Positions 12,964 to 23,309 of a stretch of DNA of 64,000 nucleotides are shown here, piece after piece. Origin of the DNA: Fistulifera solaris (lineage: Eukaryota); contig AP026124.1 in assembly GCA_030295235.1 (NCBI GenBank), positions 310,001 through 374,000 of the forward strand. Direction: 5' to 3'. Position 1 is the stretch's first letter, and every line of letters begins with the position of its first letter. Position numbers and translations under genes: made by a program. A model generated the notes under the pieces. It was given only the letters and a program-made list of their open reading frames with translations. It ran no database searches and was not told the DNA's origin.

Positions 12964-14986
12964 ATGAAGAACTGGTTCATCGGATGGATTACCCTTGTGA
13001 CGGGTGTTTCGATGGTGCAAGCTCAGTTGAAGCTTCGCTCAACCTTGCCTCGCTCTCACCGCTTGCAAACCTCTCCAACGTTGACTACTGCTGCTGCTGC
13101 TGCTACTACTACTACTACTACTACTACTCTTCCCCGTCCTCCTTCTCCGGAACGCTGGCTCGCCGGTTGTGAATGCGGAGGAGGAGGCGGCGGCGGTGGA
13201 AGTAGTTCCAAAGAATCGCCGCTAACTGCCCCAATAAGGATGTCTGTCAAGCGGACGCAGCGGTTGAGGTTATGGAAGCCAAGATCGAGACGTCAAACTT
13301 GTGCACTTGTATCCCTTGCGGCGGAGGATACACCATGACAATGGGCTGCCAGACATGCAGTAACTGCATCGGCAGAACCTGCTTTGTTGTTACGATGGGC
13401 GAGGGCTACTACATGGATGGCAATGAAGACTTGACTGCTGCGTCCTTCTTTGTCAATGTCGAGTCGACCGGAACGACCAGTGCTTCGAACAACGTCTTGG
13501 CGGAAACGCAGTTTATGGAAATGACCAATGATCAAATCGTAGAAGTCACGGATGCCGACAACTGTAAAGTAACCATCGACGGCACTGTCTGCAACTCATG
13601 CTTTGGGTTATTTTCGGAAAACAGTAGCTTTGAGATTGACTGCAGCAACATTGTAGAGGACTACGTCTGGAATGACAACGACAGCGAAGAGATTACCTCC
13701 GATTCGACACACCCATTGTATGCGCTGTTCGTCTCGACTGGTGAGTGCGCGCAGCCTGACAATGACGACGACGGTCCCGTTGACAACGACCCTGGGCAGT
13801 GCGAACCATTCAGCAGCTGCAGCAACTACCAGGATCTCGTCGATGAGATATATCCAGGCTTAGACTGCTCTTGTGCCGAATGCACCAATGGCTTTTATAT
13901 CAACTGTGCTGTGTGTGATGGATGTTTGGATGATTATTGCCTCATCTCGAGAGAGGGAAAGGAATTTGTCGCCGACCCCGACATCGAAGGAAAATTCACG
14001 GAAACCATTTCGATTATCCAAGTGACCTCATCGGGAAGTCAAAGTGCGTCGAATGAAGTCCAAGCGGAATACCATTACATCGATGAAAGCTGTCACGTGG
14101 CGATAAATGGCACTCTCTGCACCAGTTGCTCGGATTTATTTGAAGTTTCCAACGGCTGCTTTGCCCTTGATTGCAGCAACGTTCAATTCGGATACAAATG
14201 GACTTGCAATGATTCCGACTTGATCAAATCGGATACCAGTCATCCGTTGCATGGAATCTTTTGGAAGTCGACTTACTGTGAATTGTTAGCAGGTGGTGAG
14301 CCCGTCAATGAGCCAGTTAGCCGACCCACCCCGGCGCCGGTCAGTTTCCCTTCTCCATTTGGTGACGACTTTGTGGCCAGCGATTTTCCCACGGATGCTT
14401 CATTTGGAGATGGTCCTGTCTTTGATGACGACACTGTGCCCAGTGATCCCCAAGGACAGTGCTCCGATACCTTTGCCTGCAGCATCAATCCAATGCACGA
14501 GTATATTGTGGATGAGTTTTATGGCAACTATACGTGCAGCTGCAACGGGTGCTACACTCCGTATGATCTTGGCATTGATTGCAATGTTTGCAATGCTTGC
14601 CTAAACGATGTATGCCTTGATTTCTCGAGAAGTTACGCATGGAACGAACAAATCAATGGTGACTGGAACCAACAGGCGGTTCGGTTCCATATTGGAACCA
14701 GCGGAACGGGGACTGCCAACAACTTGGTGGTTCTTGAAAAATTCTTTTTGATTCCGATGGAAATGAACTGGAGGAAACCAATTGTCGCATGTCGATTGAC
14801 GGTACGGAATGTAACTCTTGCTTTGCTTTCTTTACAGCCAATCCGGACGACTGTTATCAATTGGATTGCAGCAATATCAATCCGGATTACGTTTGGAATT
14901 GCGACGATGGCGTGATTATGATCCTCGACAAGTCTCATCCTATGCACGGATTCTATCAGTTGTCATCGACCTGTGACAGTCTCTAA
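12964..14986 (+). CDS. Secreted, acidic, Cys-rich protein with three ~200-aa internal repeats
   Basis: Signal peptide MKNWFIGWITLVTGVSMVQA. Three copies of C..C...C..C..C....C / C..IDGT.C.SC / DCSN...Y.W...D..HP. Frameshifts at about 13210 and 14745. Confidence 0.75.
13085..13130 (+). repeat. (GCT)n/(ACT)n trinucleotide microsatellite encoding poly-Ala/poly-Thr
   Basis: ctgctgctgctgctgctactactactactactactactact. Confidence 0.9.
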
Positions 14987-15410
14987 AGTCACCATGCTAA
15001 TGACTCATGACGTACTACGTAGTACGTACGTATGGATTCGCACTCATGACGAATGAATGGATAAGTCAATGAATGACTGAGTGACTGGATGAATACCTTA
15101 TCACTTACCATACAAAGTAAATACGTACGTAGTAGTAGAAAATGAAAAGATTACCGGGAACCGGGACCGGTACTGGTAGTTATAGTCAAGTAGTATCACA
15201 GCTGGTTGAATAATAACGAGCCAGACCCAGACCTCATGTAAACTTGCGTAGAACCCTACCGCAACGGACAACATTTGATTTGTATTGGTCATTTCGCTTG
15301 CCAACGGAGCAACTTTTAATTCCGCGTCGATTGAGATAGAAACAGATCTTCGATCTTCGGGTATCTTGTATCTTTATTGTTCTGATACCGATACCCGATA
15401 CTTGTACCGA

Positions 15411-15647
15411 TGAAACCGCACTGCATCAATGCCGGTTACATCCACATCCACATCGTTCGGCGCGCATCCATGTTTGACCCAGCGCCAAAATAATATGTGT
15501 TACTACTCCACCACCCGTAAGAATCCTGAGAGAATTGAAACCACATGCCACAACAATAATTTCGAAGATCATTGGATTCGCCAATGATGGGTCCATTGTC
15601 GGGCGTCGGGCGTAAACGACTCGGGACCCAGGACCACAAAACAGTTT
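15411..15647 (-). pseudogene. Decayed fragment of the sarcosine/dimethylglycine dehydrogenase gene (copy of 9620-9831)
   Basis: Aligns with 9620-9831 in the same orientation (TGAAACCGCACTGCATCAATGCC..., GPESFTPD) but has multiple frame-breaking insertions. Confidence 0.9.
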
Positions 15648-15818
15648 TGCGACGAACCATAGAACCTTAGCAACACCGACTGACAGACGGACGAGAAAGC
15701 AAACGCCTCCGTCCGCCGTTCGACGTTCGAGAAAAAAAATAACATCAACATTATTACGGAGTATTTTTTATTTCCATTTTACTCGCACAATCAAAGAAAC
15801 TTACTTTTGCTCGAAATA

Positions 15819-18800
15819 ATGTCAACGATCTTGTCAAGGAAGTTGTTGACAAGAAACGTCTCTCGCTCAGTCCGGAGAGTACTTACAATCCATAAGAGTC
15901 AACCATTATCCTCGCTTCGTCTCTACACTTCTCTCGTACGACCATGGCAGACAGGGAAACGGCCTCGCAATGACACGCTGCATTGGCGATGTTTGAGCAG
16001 CTCGGCAACTACTACCTCGTTCGATGACACAGACGACGATCGATCCATAGAATCACAATACTTGCGAAAAACGCCTCTCGAGCATGTTTTACTGCGCCCC
16101 GGAATGTATGTGGGTCCGAATGAACGACTGCCTCCGCAATCGTTTTGGGTTTTGGATCCTCCATTGACGCTTCCCGAAGAGCCATCTTCATTGGAAACGA
16201 CTTTGTTCCGTTTTATCAAAAGGATATCGCAATTGTCCCTGCTCTGGTCAAAGTATTCGATGAAATACTCGTCAATGCTTCAGACAATCGATTGCGGTAT
16301 CCGAAAAGTTGTTCACGGATTGATGTCATCATTCAACCCGGTAACGACACGAAAGATCCTTTTATTTCCATTTACAATGATGGAAAAGGGATTCCCATTC
16401 AAATTCATAAAAAAGAAAACATGTATTTACCCGAAATGCTGTTTGGGCATTTATTGACAGGGTCCAATTTCAATGATGACGAAAAACGAATTACCGGTGG
16501 TCGACACGGATACGGTGCAAAATTGACCAATATCTTTGCCCAACAATTCACGGTGGAAACAGCGGATACAAACAGAGGGCTCTTTTACCATCAAACGTGG
16601 TGGGAGAATATGACTCGGGCATCCGAGCCTATCATTACGGAGTGGAATGAAGGCACAGACTTTACACGGATTTCTTTTGTTCCGGATTTACCTCGATTGA
16701 CCGGTAACCAACACGCCAAGTCCATTTCCGTCGAAGATTATAGTCTCATGTGTCGACGAGTGGTAGATGTTGCGGGATGTGCAGCAGGTAAACTCACCGT
16801 CACATTGAATGGGAAGGATGTATCGATGCCGTCCTTTGCGCAGTTTGTCGAACTGCACCGCAAGTCGTCGTCACCACCCCTCATACATTACAACATGAAT
16901 CCTCGATGGAAAATATCGGTCGGACTTTCGGATACTGGCTCGTTTGAATCGGTCTCGTTTGTCAATGGAATGGCGACACATCGTGGTGGAACTCATATCA
17001 ATGCATTGGTGCAACAGATTTCCAAAAAGATTCAAGAGAAAGTAGAAAAGATCGATCCTCAGCTGGCGAAATTGATATCCCATGGTCTCATTCGACGGCA
17101 TTTGTTCGTCGCGTGTGATGCTTTGATCGAGAATCCCACATTTGATTCGCAAATGAAAGAATATCTGACGTCCAGTCCAACAAATTTTGGAAGCTCATAT
17201 TCTTTGACGCAAAAGCTTCTGAATGATCTTGTCAAACCGGAAGATCAAGGTGGACCTGGCATTGTGGAAGATGTTCTCCGCGTTGCCAGTGGGAGACAGC
17301 AAGCGAATTTGGTTAAAGAACTTACGTCGAAAAAGTCAAAACGACAACTGCTGTCGATACCTAAATTGGAAGAAGCGCATCAGGCTGGATCCGAGAGTGG
17401 GTGGGACTGCACATTGATTTTGACTGAGGGAGATTCGGCAAAAGCGTTGGCAGTCGCGGGCTTGGAAGTCATTGGACGAGAGCGGTTCGGTGTTTTTCCC
17501 TTCGCGAGGGAAGTTCTTGAATGTAAGAGACGCATCGGTGACGCAACTCACCAACAATGCAGAAGTCAAGGCTCTATGTTCTATTCTGGGTTTAGATTTT
17601 GATAAAAAGTACGATACTTTGGAAGAAAGACGGGAACTGCGATACGGTAGGGTGATGTTGATGACCGATCAAGATCAAGGTCAGTGACTTCGTGCGCGCT
17701 CCAGTTCGATTTGACGATGCATCCTTCAACTCACCATCTGCTTGATGCCAGACGGATCTCATATAAAAGGTCTTGTTATCAATTTCTTTCGATACTTTTG
17801 GCCTGATCTGCTCCGACCACCTGTCGACCAACCCATGGAAGAGGCCAACGAGAATCCCCCTTTTCTTTCTGCTTTCGTCACCCCACTGTTAAAGGCTAGT
17901 CGCAAAGGAGCGAAAGGTCAACTGGCTTTCTATTCTATGGCCGAATACAATGCATGGCGAGACTCCATTGATCCGTTAGAACTCAAAAAGTACCGCATAA
18001 AGTACTACAAAGGTTTGGGAACGAGCACGACCGAAGAGGCAAGAGGGTACTTTGCAGCCTTTGACGATCATATTCGTCCTTTCAAATGGACATCGGATGC
18101 CGATGGCGATCTTCTCGATATGGTTTTTGATAAGAACAGCGCTGCTGCACGTCGTCAATGGATTCTAGACACGTATGATGAAACCAGTTCCCTAGAGATC
18201 AATCCGGAAGATGGGAATGCCGTTGGCTACGACGATTTCATCAACAAAGAGCTAGTTCACTTTTCGCACGCAGATAACATCAGAAGTATCCCAAGTGCCA
18301 TCGATGGTCTCAAACCTTCGCAAAGGAAAGTCTTGTACGCTTGTTTCAAACGCAAACTAACAGCGGAAATGAAAGTTGCACAGTTGGCTGGATATTGCGC
18401 GGAACAAACGGCTTACCATCATGGTGAAGCTTCTCTTCAGTCCACAAGTACGTATTAAAACGATTGCCTGAGAAGTTGGTAATCACGGTGCATCTAACAA
18501 TCGTTGTGAAATCCAAAGTTATCGGAATGGCCCATGACTTTGTTGGATCCAACAACATCAACCTTTTGATTCCATCGGGACAGTTCGGAACTCGCATGAC
18601 CGGAGGAGCGGATGCAGCGTCGCCTCGTTATATCTTCACATATTTGTCCCCGCTCGCGCGACTTATATTTCCCGAAGCAGATGATGCTCTTTTACGCTAC
18701 CGGGAGGATGATGGACAGCAAGTCGAACCGGAATATTTTGTACCGATTATACCTCTTCTTGCTGTGAATGGAAGTCAAGGTATTGGGACCGGCTGGAGTA

Positions 18801-19743
18801 CGTTTATTCCACCTCACAACCCAATGGACGTTATTGACTATATTCGTTACAAAATCGACAAAGCAGAGGGCAGAAAGATGTACGATATGCCGGTTATCCG
18901 TCCTTATGCGCGCGGTTTCTCTGGGAAGATCCGAGAAGCGTCCAATGGCTTTGTGACGGTAGGCAAGGTACATCCGATTTCTAAAAACTCAGTGGCTATT
19001 GAAGAGCTTCCTTTGCGTTGCTGGACAAGCACTTACAAGGATCAGCTTATCAAAATGCGAAACCAGGGTGACATAATCGGATTTGTCGAAAACCACACCA
19101 CTACCAAAGTATCGGTGACCGTCGATCTTCAAGCGGCGAAACTTACAAGGTTCATTAGCGCTGGTCTTGAAAGTGCGTTTAAGCTCGAGACTAGACTTCC
19201 AACGACAAATATGAACGCATTTAACGTGAACGGTGTTATGACGAAATTCGAATGCGCCGCAAACATTGCTGACGAATTTTTCCCTGTCAGACTCTCTCTT
19301 TACAAAGACCGCAAATCCGTTTTAGAATCAGAATTACGCTATGAGGCCACTATGCTTTCTAACAAAGCCAAATTTATCGAAGCAGTGGCCACTTCACAGC
19401 TCGATCTTGCCAGCGGGAGAAAAGGAAAAGAGGAGCTACTAGCTGATGTTCAAAAATAGGTTTCTTAAGTGATTCGGAGCTCCTAGCTATAAGGTCCAAC
19501 AATTCTGTGATGGAAAGGCGTCCCAGCACAGAGCACGAAAATGGATTGCCAAGTGAATCAAGCGACGGGTACGACTATTTGCTCAACATGCCCCTGTCAA
19601 GTCTTACGTCCGAGCGTATTGCTGCTCTTAAGGATGAGGCCTCAAAGAAAGGTAAAGAGTTGAAGCAATTAACTCAAACGGAACCGACAGATTTGTGGCG
19701 AACCGACTTGGATAGACTCGCTTCGCGCTTGGACAAGTACTAG
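15819..19743 (+). CDS. TOP2: Type IIA DNA topoisomerase II with presequence-like N-terminus and no C-terminal domain
   Basis: EHVLLRPGMYVG, DEILVNA, GGRHGYGAK, LTEGDSAK, P.RGK, MTDQDQDGSHIKGL, KYYKGLGT, YHHGE, ASPRY (catalytic Tyr). Introns at about 17680-17751 and 18449-18518; frameshifts at about 16170-16200, 17500 and 19455. Confidence 0.95.
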
Positions 19744-19787
19744 CGAACTCCAATGAAGTCCCCCTTTTTCGTCTGGTGGTCGATATT

Positions 19788-20726
19788 CTAAATTCTTGTT
19801 TTAGGATCACGAAAAGTAGTCCAGGCATCTCTCATTCGTTGGTTCTGACCGTTTGTAAAAACGTTTCGACAATCTTGGGGATTGTAGTCCATCATGTTAT
19901 CCAAGGGGTCTCTACCGCTGTCATCAGGGCAGGTATCGGGAAACAGCGCTGGACACTCTTCGATTCGCCCCACATACTTAAGTTGCGGAGGGGTGTCGTC
20001 CACCAAGTCGCCTGGAGAGCATCCTCCTGCGAAGGTGTGATGCAGGTTTAAATAATGGCCCACTTCGTGAGGAAAGGATTTCCCATCAGCTGCACACTCG
20101 GGATGGATGACAATTCCGTCTCTGACCCCCACCTGTGCGGCATAGGCCCCTAAGTTAGTGTAACCACAATAGATACCCCCATCGCTTCCAATCGCTTTTT
20201 TCAGATAAACGTTCATAGTGTCCAGCCCGCCGACTTTCATTGCTCTCATCATTTCTATTTCATCTGGGGAAGCGACGCTCGCGTTATACCAGACTTTATT
20301 GTTCACGTATTTGATCGCCTTCAAATCCAAACGAACTCCACTGAATCGGAACTTTCGGTTCGTCTGTCGAATCATGTCCTTAATATCCGATTGCGAGAGT
20401 CTACCGGTCGCACCATCCTGGATATTATGAACGTGTACAGGAATTACAATATCGGCATTACAAAATCGATAACTCAAGGCGCAAAGCAAACCGAAGTTGA
20501 AACGTCTATTCGTTTGCGAGGCGACCCTGGATAATTCTTCTTCATCTGCTTTCAATCGAAGTAACTCTTCCGCATCTGCGTCCTCTACGGCGCAAGGCTT
20601 GATGGCGTCTGCCGCCAATGCTTGTGGCCCCTCGATGATTGAATAGGTTTCGTGGCATTGTGCCAGATGAGCGAAAAGCCAGACGATTAAGCCGAGAACA
20701 TACGAGAAGCCAGTCATAGATGTCAT
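19788..20726 (-). CDS. Secreted zinc metalloprotease, pappalysin/ulilysin family (M43)
   Basis: Signal peptide; IPVHVH; HEVGHYLNLHHTF; GDLVDDTP; DP..NMMDY (Met-turn); FT.GQ..RM; intronless. Confidence 0.9.
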   Translation of the reverse strand: MTSMTGFSYVLGLIVWLFAHLAQCHETYSIIEGPQALAADAIKPCAVEDADAEELLRLKADEEELSRVASQTNRRFNFGLLCALSYRFCNADIVIPVHVHNIQDGATGRLSQSDIKDMIRQTNRKFRFSGVRLDLKAIKYVNNKVWYNASVASPDEIEMMRAMKVGGLDTMNVYLKKAIGSDGGIYCGYTNLGAYAAQVGVRDGIVIHPECAADGKSFPHEVGHYLNLHHTFAGGCSPGDLVDDTPPQLKYVGRIEECPALFPDTCPDDSGRDPLDNMMDYNPQDCRNVFTNGQNQRMRDAWTTFRDPKTRI

Positions 20727-21448
20727 GAGTGAACAGTTTATCGACACGAGAGAGGGAACAGAAAGCTTTTCATAAACATGAAACATGAAACGCTTGTTAG
20801 ATGTTTGTTCCAATGGAACCGACAAGCGATCGCACAATACCAGGTATTACTTTTTGAAACTTGTCCATCGCGCAATACTGGAAACTGGTAAGTGGTAAGG
20901 CACAAAACACTCGATCAGCGATCCATGCCAGGGCGACACTAACTAAAACAGTACCAGGTATGCCGAAAGCCAGCTGCAAGCTGCAAGCTTGTACGTTGTG
21001 GTTTAAGGCCTAAACTAGGAATCAGGATACAGTAGTCTAAGCAGTAGGCAGTGTCCTTGGTCATTGGTCATCTATAATTTATCATTTACCATTTGCCGTA
21101 GTAGTGTCTTTTCACTCTTGTCAACTTTGTACGTAGTAGGATTGGCAAAACAATGTACCTTATGGATAGGTACCGGTACCGGATGACCCTTTTCCGGTTT
21201 CATTTTCGTTCTCCGGTTAGAATTGGCGTAAAGCGTAAAGGACAGCAAAAGAACAATCCGTTTCCGTGTCTTCGTTCTTCATTTTCTAGATCTTCCCCTT
21301 CATGCTTCGACTCCTTTTCTTCTCACGATTGTTCACGATCTTGAGGCGAAAGCGAATCTTGACTTGTACCTAACGTCATCGAAGTGTGCACTATCTCGGT
21401 CGAAGAACCCAGTAAATTGTCTCTCAATCCTCTTAAGCGCTCTTCAAC

Positions 21449-21898
21449 ATGACTGTTGCACATCAATTTGCCCAAGAAGTCGGCGAGACGTGGGGCAAGG
21501 CTCTGACGAGCGCCATGACGACTGGCGACATGACCGAATTCAAGGCTCTCTTCGTTTCGGATGAGGCTGTGGGTGTTGTTGTGCAGTCTGTTGAAGGTAC
21601 CGAAGTGGTAATGACTATAGGAGACGTGGAAGGTGCCACTTTGTCCTGGGATGAATTTAAGGAATCTTTCATGAAGGATTTGGACGAGCAAGGATATCTC
21701 AAGACGGAGTCGCAATGTTTGGGCGTTCTTGGCGATCGTATGATTCTTGAAGCCGGCCGATTCAACAAGGCAGGAGAAGAATACATGAGTGCTTACAGCC
21801 TCCTTACCCTCAACGCGGAGGGAAAAATTACGATGTTCGAGTCGTTCTCTGATGCGCAGGCCCCAGGGCTCATTCAAGCAGCTTCAGTTTCCGAATAA
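21449..21898 (+). CDS. Small acidic protein, probable NTF2/SnoaL-like fold
   Basis: W..A...GD...F.ALF N-terminal pattern and LTLNAEGKI..FESF C-terminus. Confidence 0.6.
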   Translation: MTVAHQFAQEVGETWGKALTSAMTTGDMTEFKALFVSDEAVGVVVQSVEGTEVVMTIGDVEGATLSWDEFKESFMKDLDEQGYLKTESQCLGVLGDRMILEAGRFNKAGEEYMSAYSLLTLNAEGKITMFESFSDAQAPGLIQAASVSE

Positions 21899-22045
21899 AA
21901 CCGTATCTAGTTCCATTATACTTCAATGTAGTTGACAGTTAATTTTTCTTCAAAACTAATAGCCAATCGCGATTGTAAAAACATCAAATAGTGAATTATC
22001 TGTTAGATTAATTCGATCGTCAACGAATAATTATAAAATACGATT

Positions 22046-22686
22046 TTAACGAAGGAGACGAGCACGACGACGAGCACCAAGACCATTCATGGCACCACCA
22101 GTAGCTCCAACAGCCGCTGCAAAAGAACGCGATTGGAGTAAGTCAATCTGTTACCAATTAAATGATCTTTGTAACTAGTCCAATTGCAGTATTTGTACGT
22201 ACCACCAATCTTCGCTCCCTGACCCGGATCTCCAGTGATAGCACCTGCAACAGCGCCAAGAACTGCACCTCGAGCAGCACCACGAGCCGTGCTTTTGATA
22301 ACAACGTGGTCATTATGCTGAGGAGGACGAGGGGCAGGAGCGGAAGTATATGAAGCGGGAGCAGGCGTGGGTGCTGGTTTATAGTGGGCTAGCTCTTTCT
22401 TGAGCTGGGCATTTTCAGCCTCCAGTTGGGCGACCCGGGCATCGCTTCCTCCACCTCCTCCACCGCCACCGGCCAATGACTTTGTAAACTCGATCGCGTT
22501 CACAATTTTCTTGCCTTGGAGACCTGACACACCAAGTTCCGCGAAATCTTCAGGAGTGAGAGCGACTAGCAACGATCCGTCCACGGACTGAATTCGGAAC
22601 TCGCCCGCTTTGTCTCCCAGTCCTATCGCATTCAAGAAAAGGCAGACTTCGTCTACCGAATAGGATGCAGGATCTTTGATATACAT
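22046..22686 (-). CDS. SAM-domain protein with coiled coil and C-terminal glycine zipper
   Basis: YSVDEVCLFLNAIGL...F....VDGSLLVALT.EDF.ELGV (SAM); GAARGAVLGAVAGAI.GD.G.GAKIG|AAVGATGG; intron at about 22119-22201. Confidence 0.8.
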
Positions 22687-23309
22687 GACGACAATGGCTG
22701 ATTTTGAAGGTTCGCTACTCGATCTTTCGGCTAAAGAGCTGTTTCAAAAGAAAGATACGAATAACGAGTTGTTCTTCGCTAATGATTCGCTTTTCGTCGA
22801 GGCGTATCTTTCATCTTTCTCGTGCGCCCTTGGTCCTTGGTCTTAAGTGAACTGGTGACGTCACGAAGTCTTTTGATACTCTCATTACTTTGTACTTTAT
22901 ACTAAATTTAGTTAAGGGTTTCAACTTCCAACAAAAGGGCATATGTCACTATTATTATTTTTGCATTTGAAATCTTCTGTAGTACTGTAGTAGTTTTAGG
23001 GCTCAAGTCGTGTTTTCAGTCTTCGATCTTCGATCGTTCGTTTCCTCCGCGCTTTTTGTTATTATTATTTCTGGTACCAAATAAATCGCTAACACTAATG
23101 CTTCTCATCATTCTCGCAACATCTCTTCAAAGTGAGGATACCAGGTACGGTACGCACGCTACTTGGTACCCCCCGGAGTAATAAAGATCGATCTGCCTTA
23201 TTCCTACGCTTCCTTTATCAACTTTTTTTTTATAATTATAAGTACCATGACCAATTGACAACTCTTAGGAGCAAGCAATCGATCTGTGAACGATTTGATC
23301 TTGTGCAAA

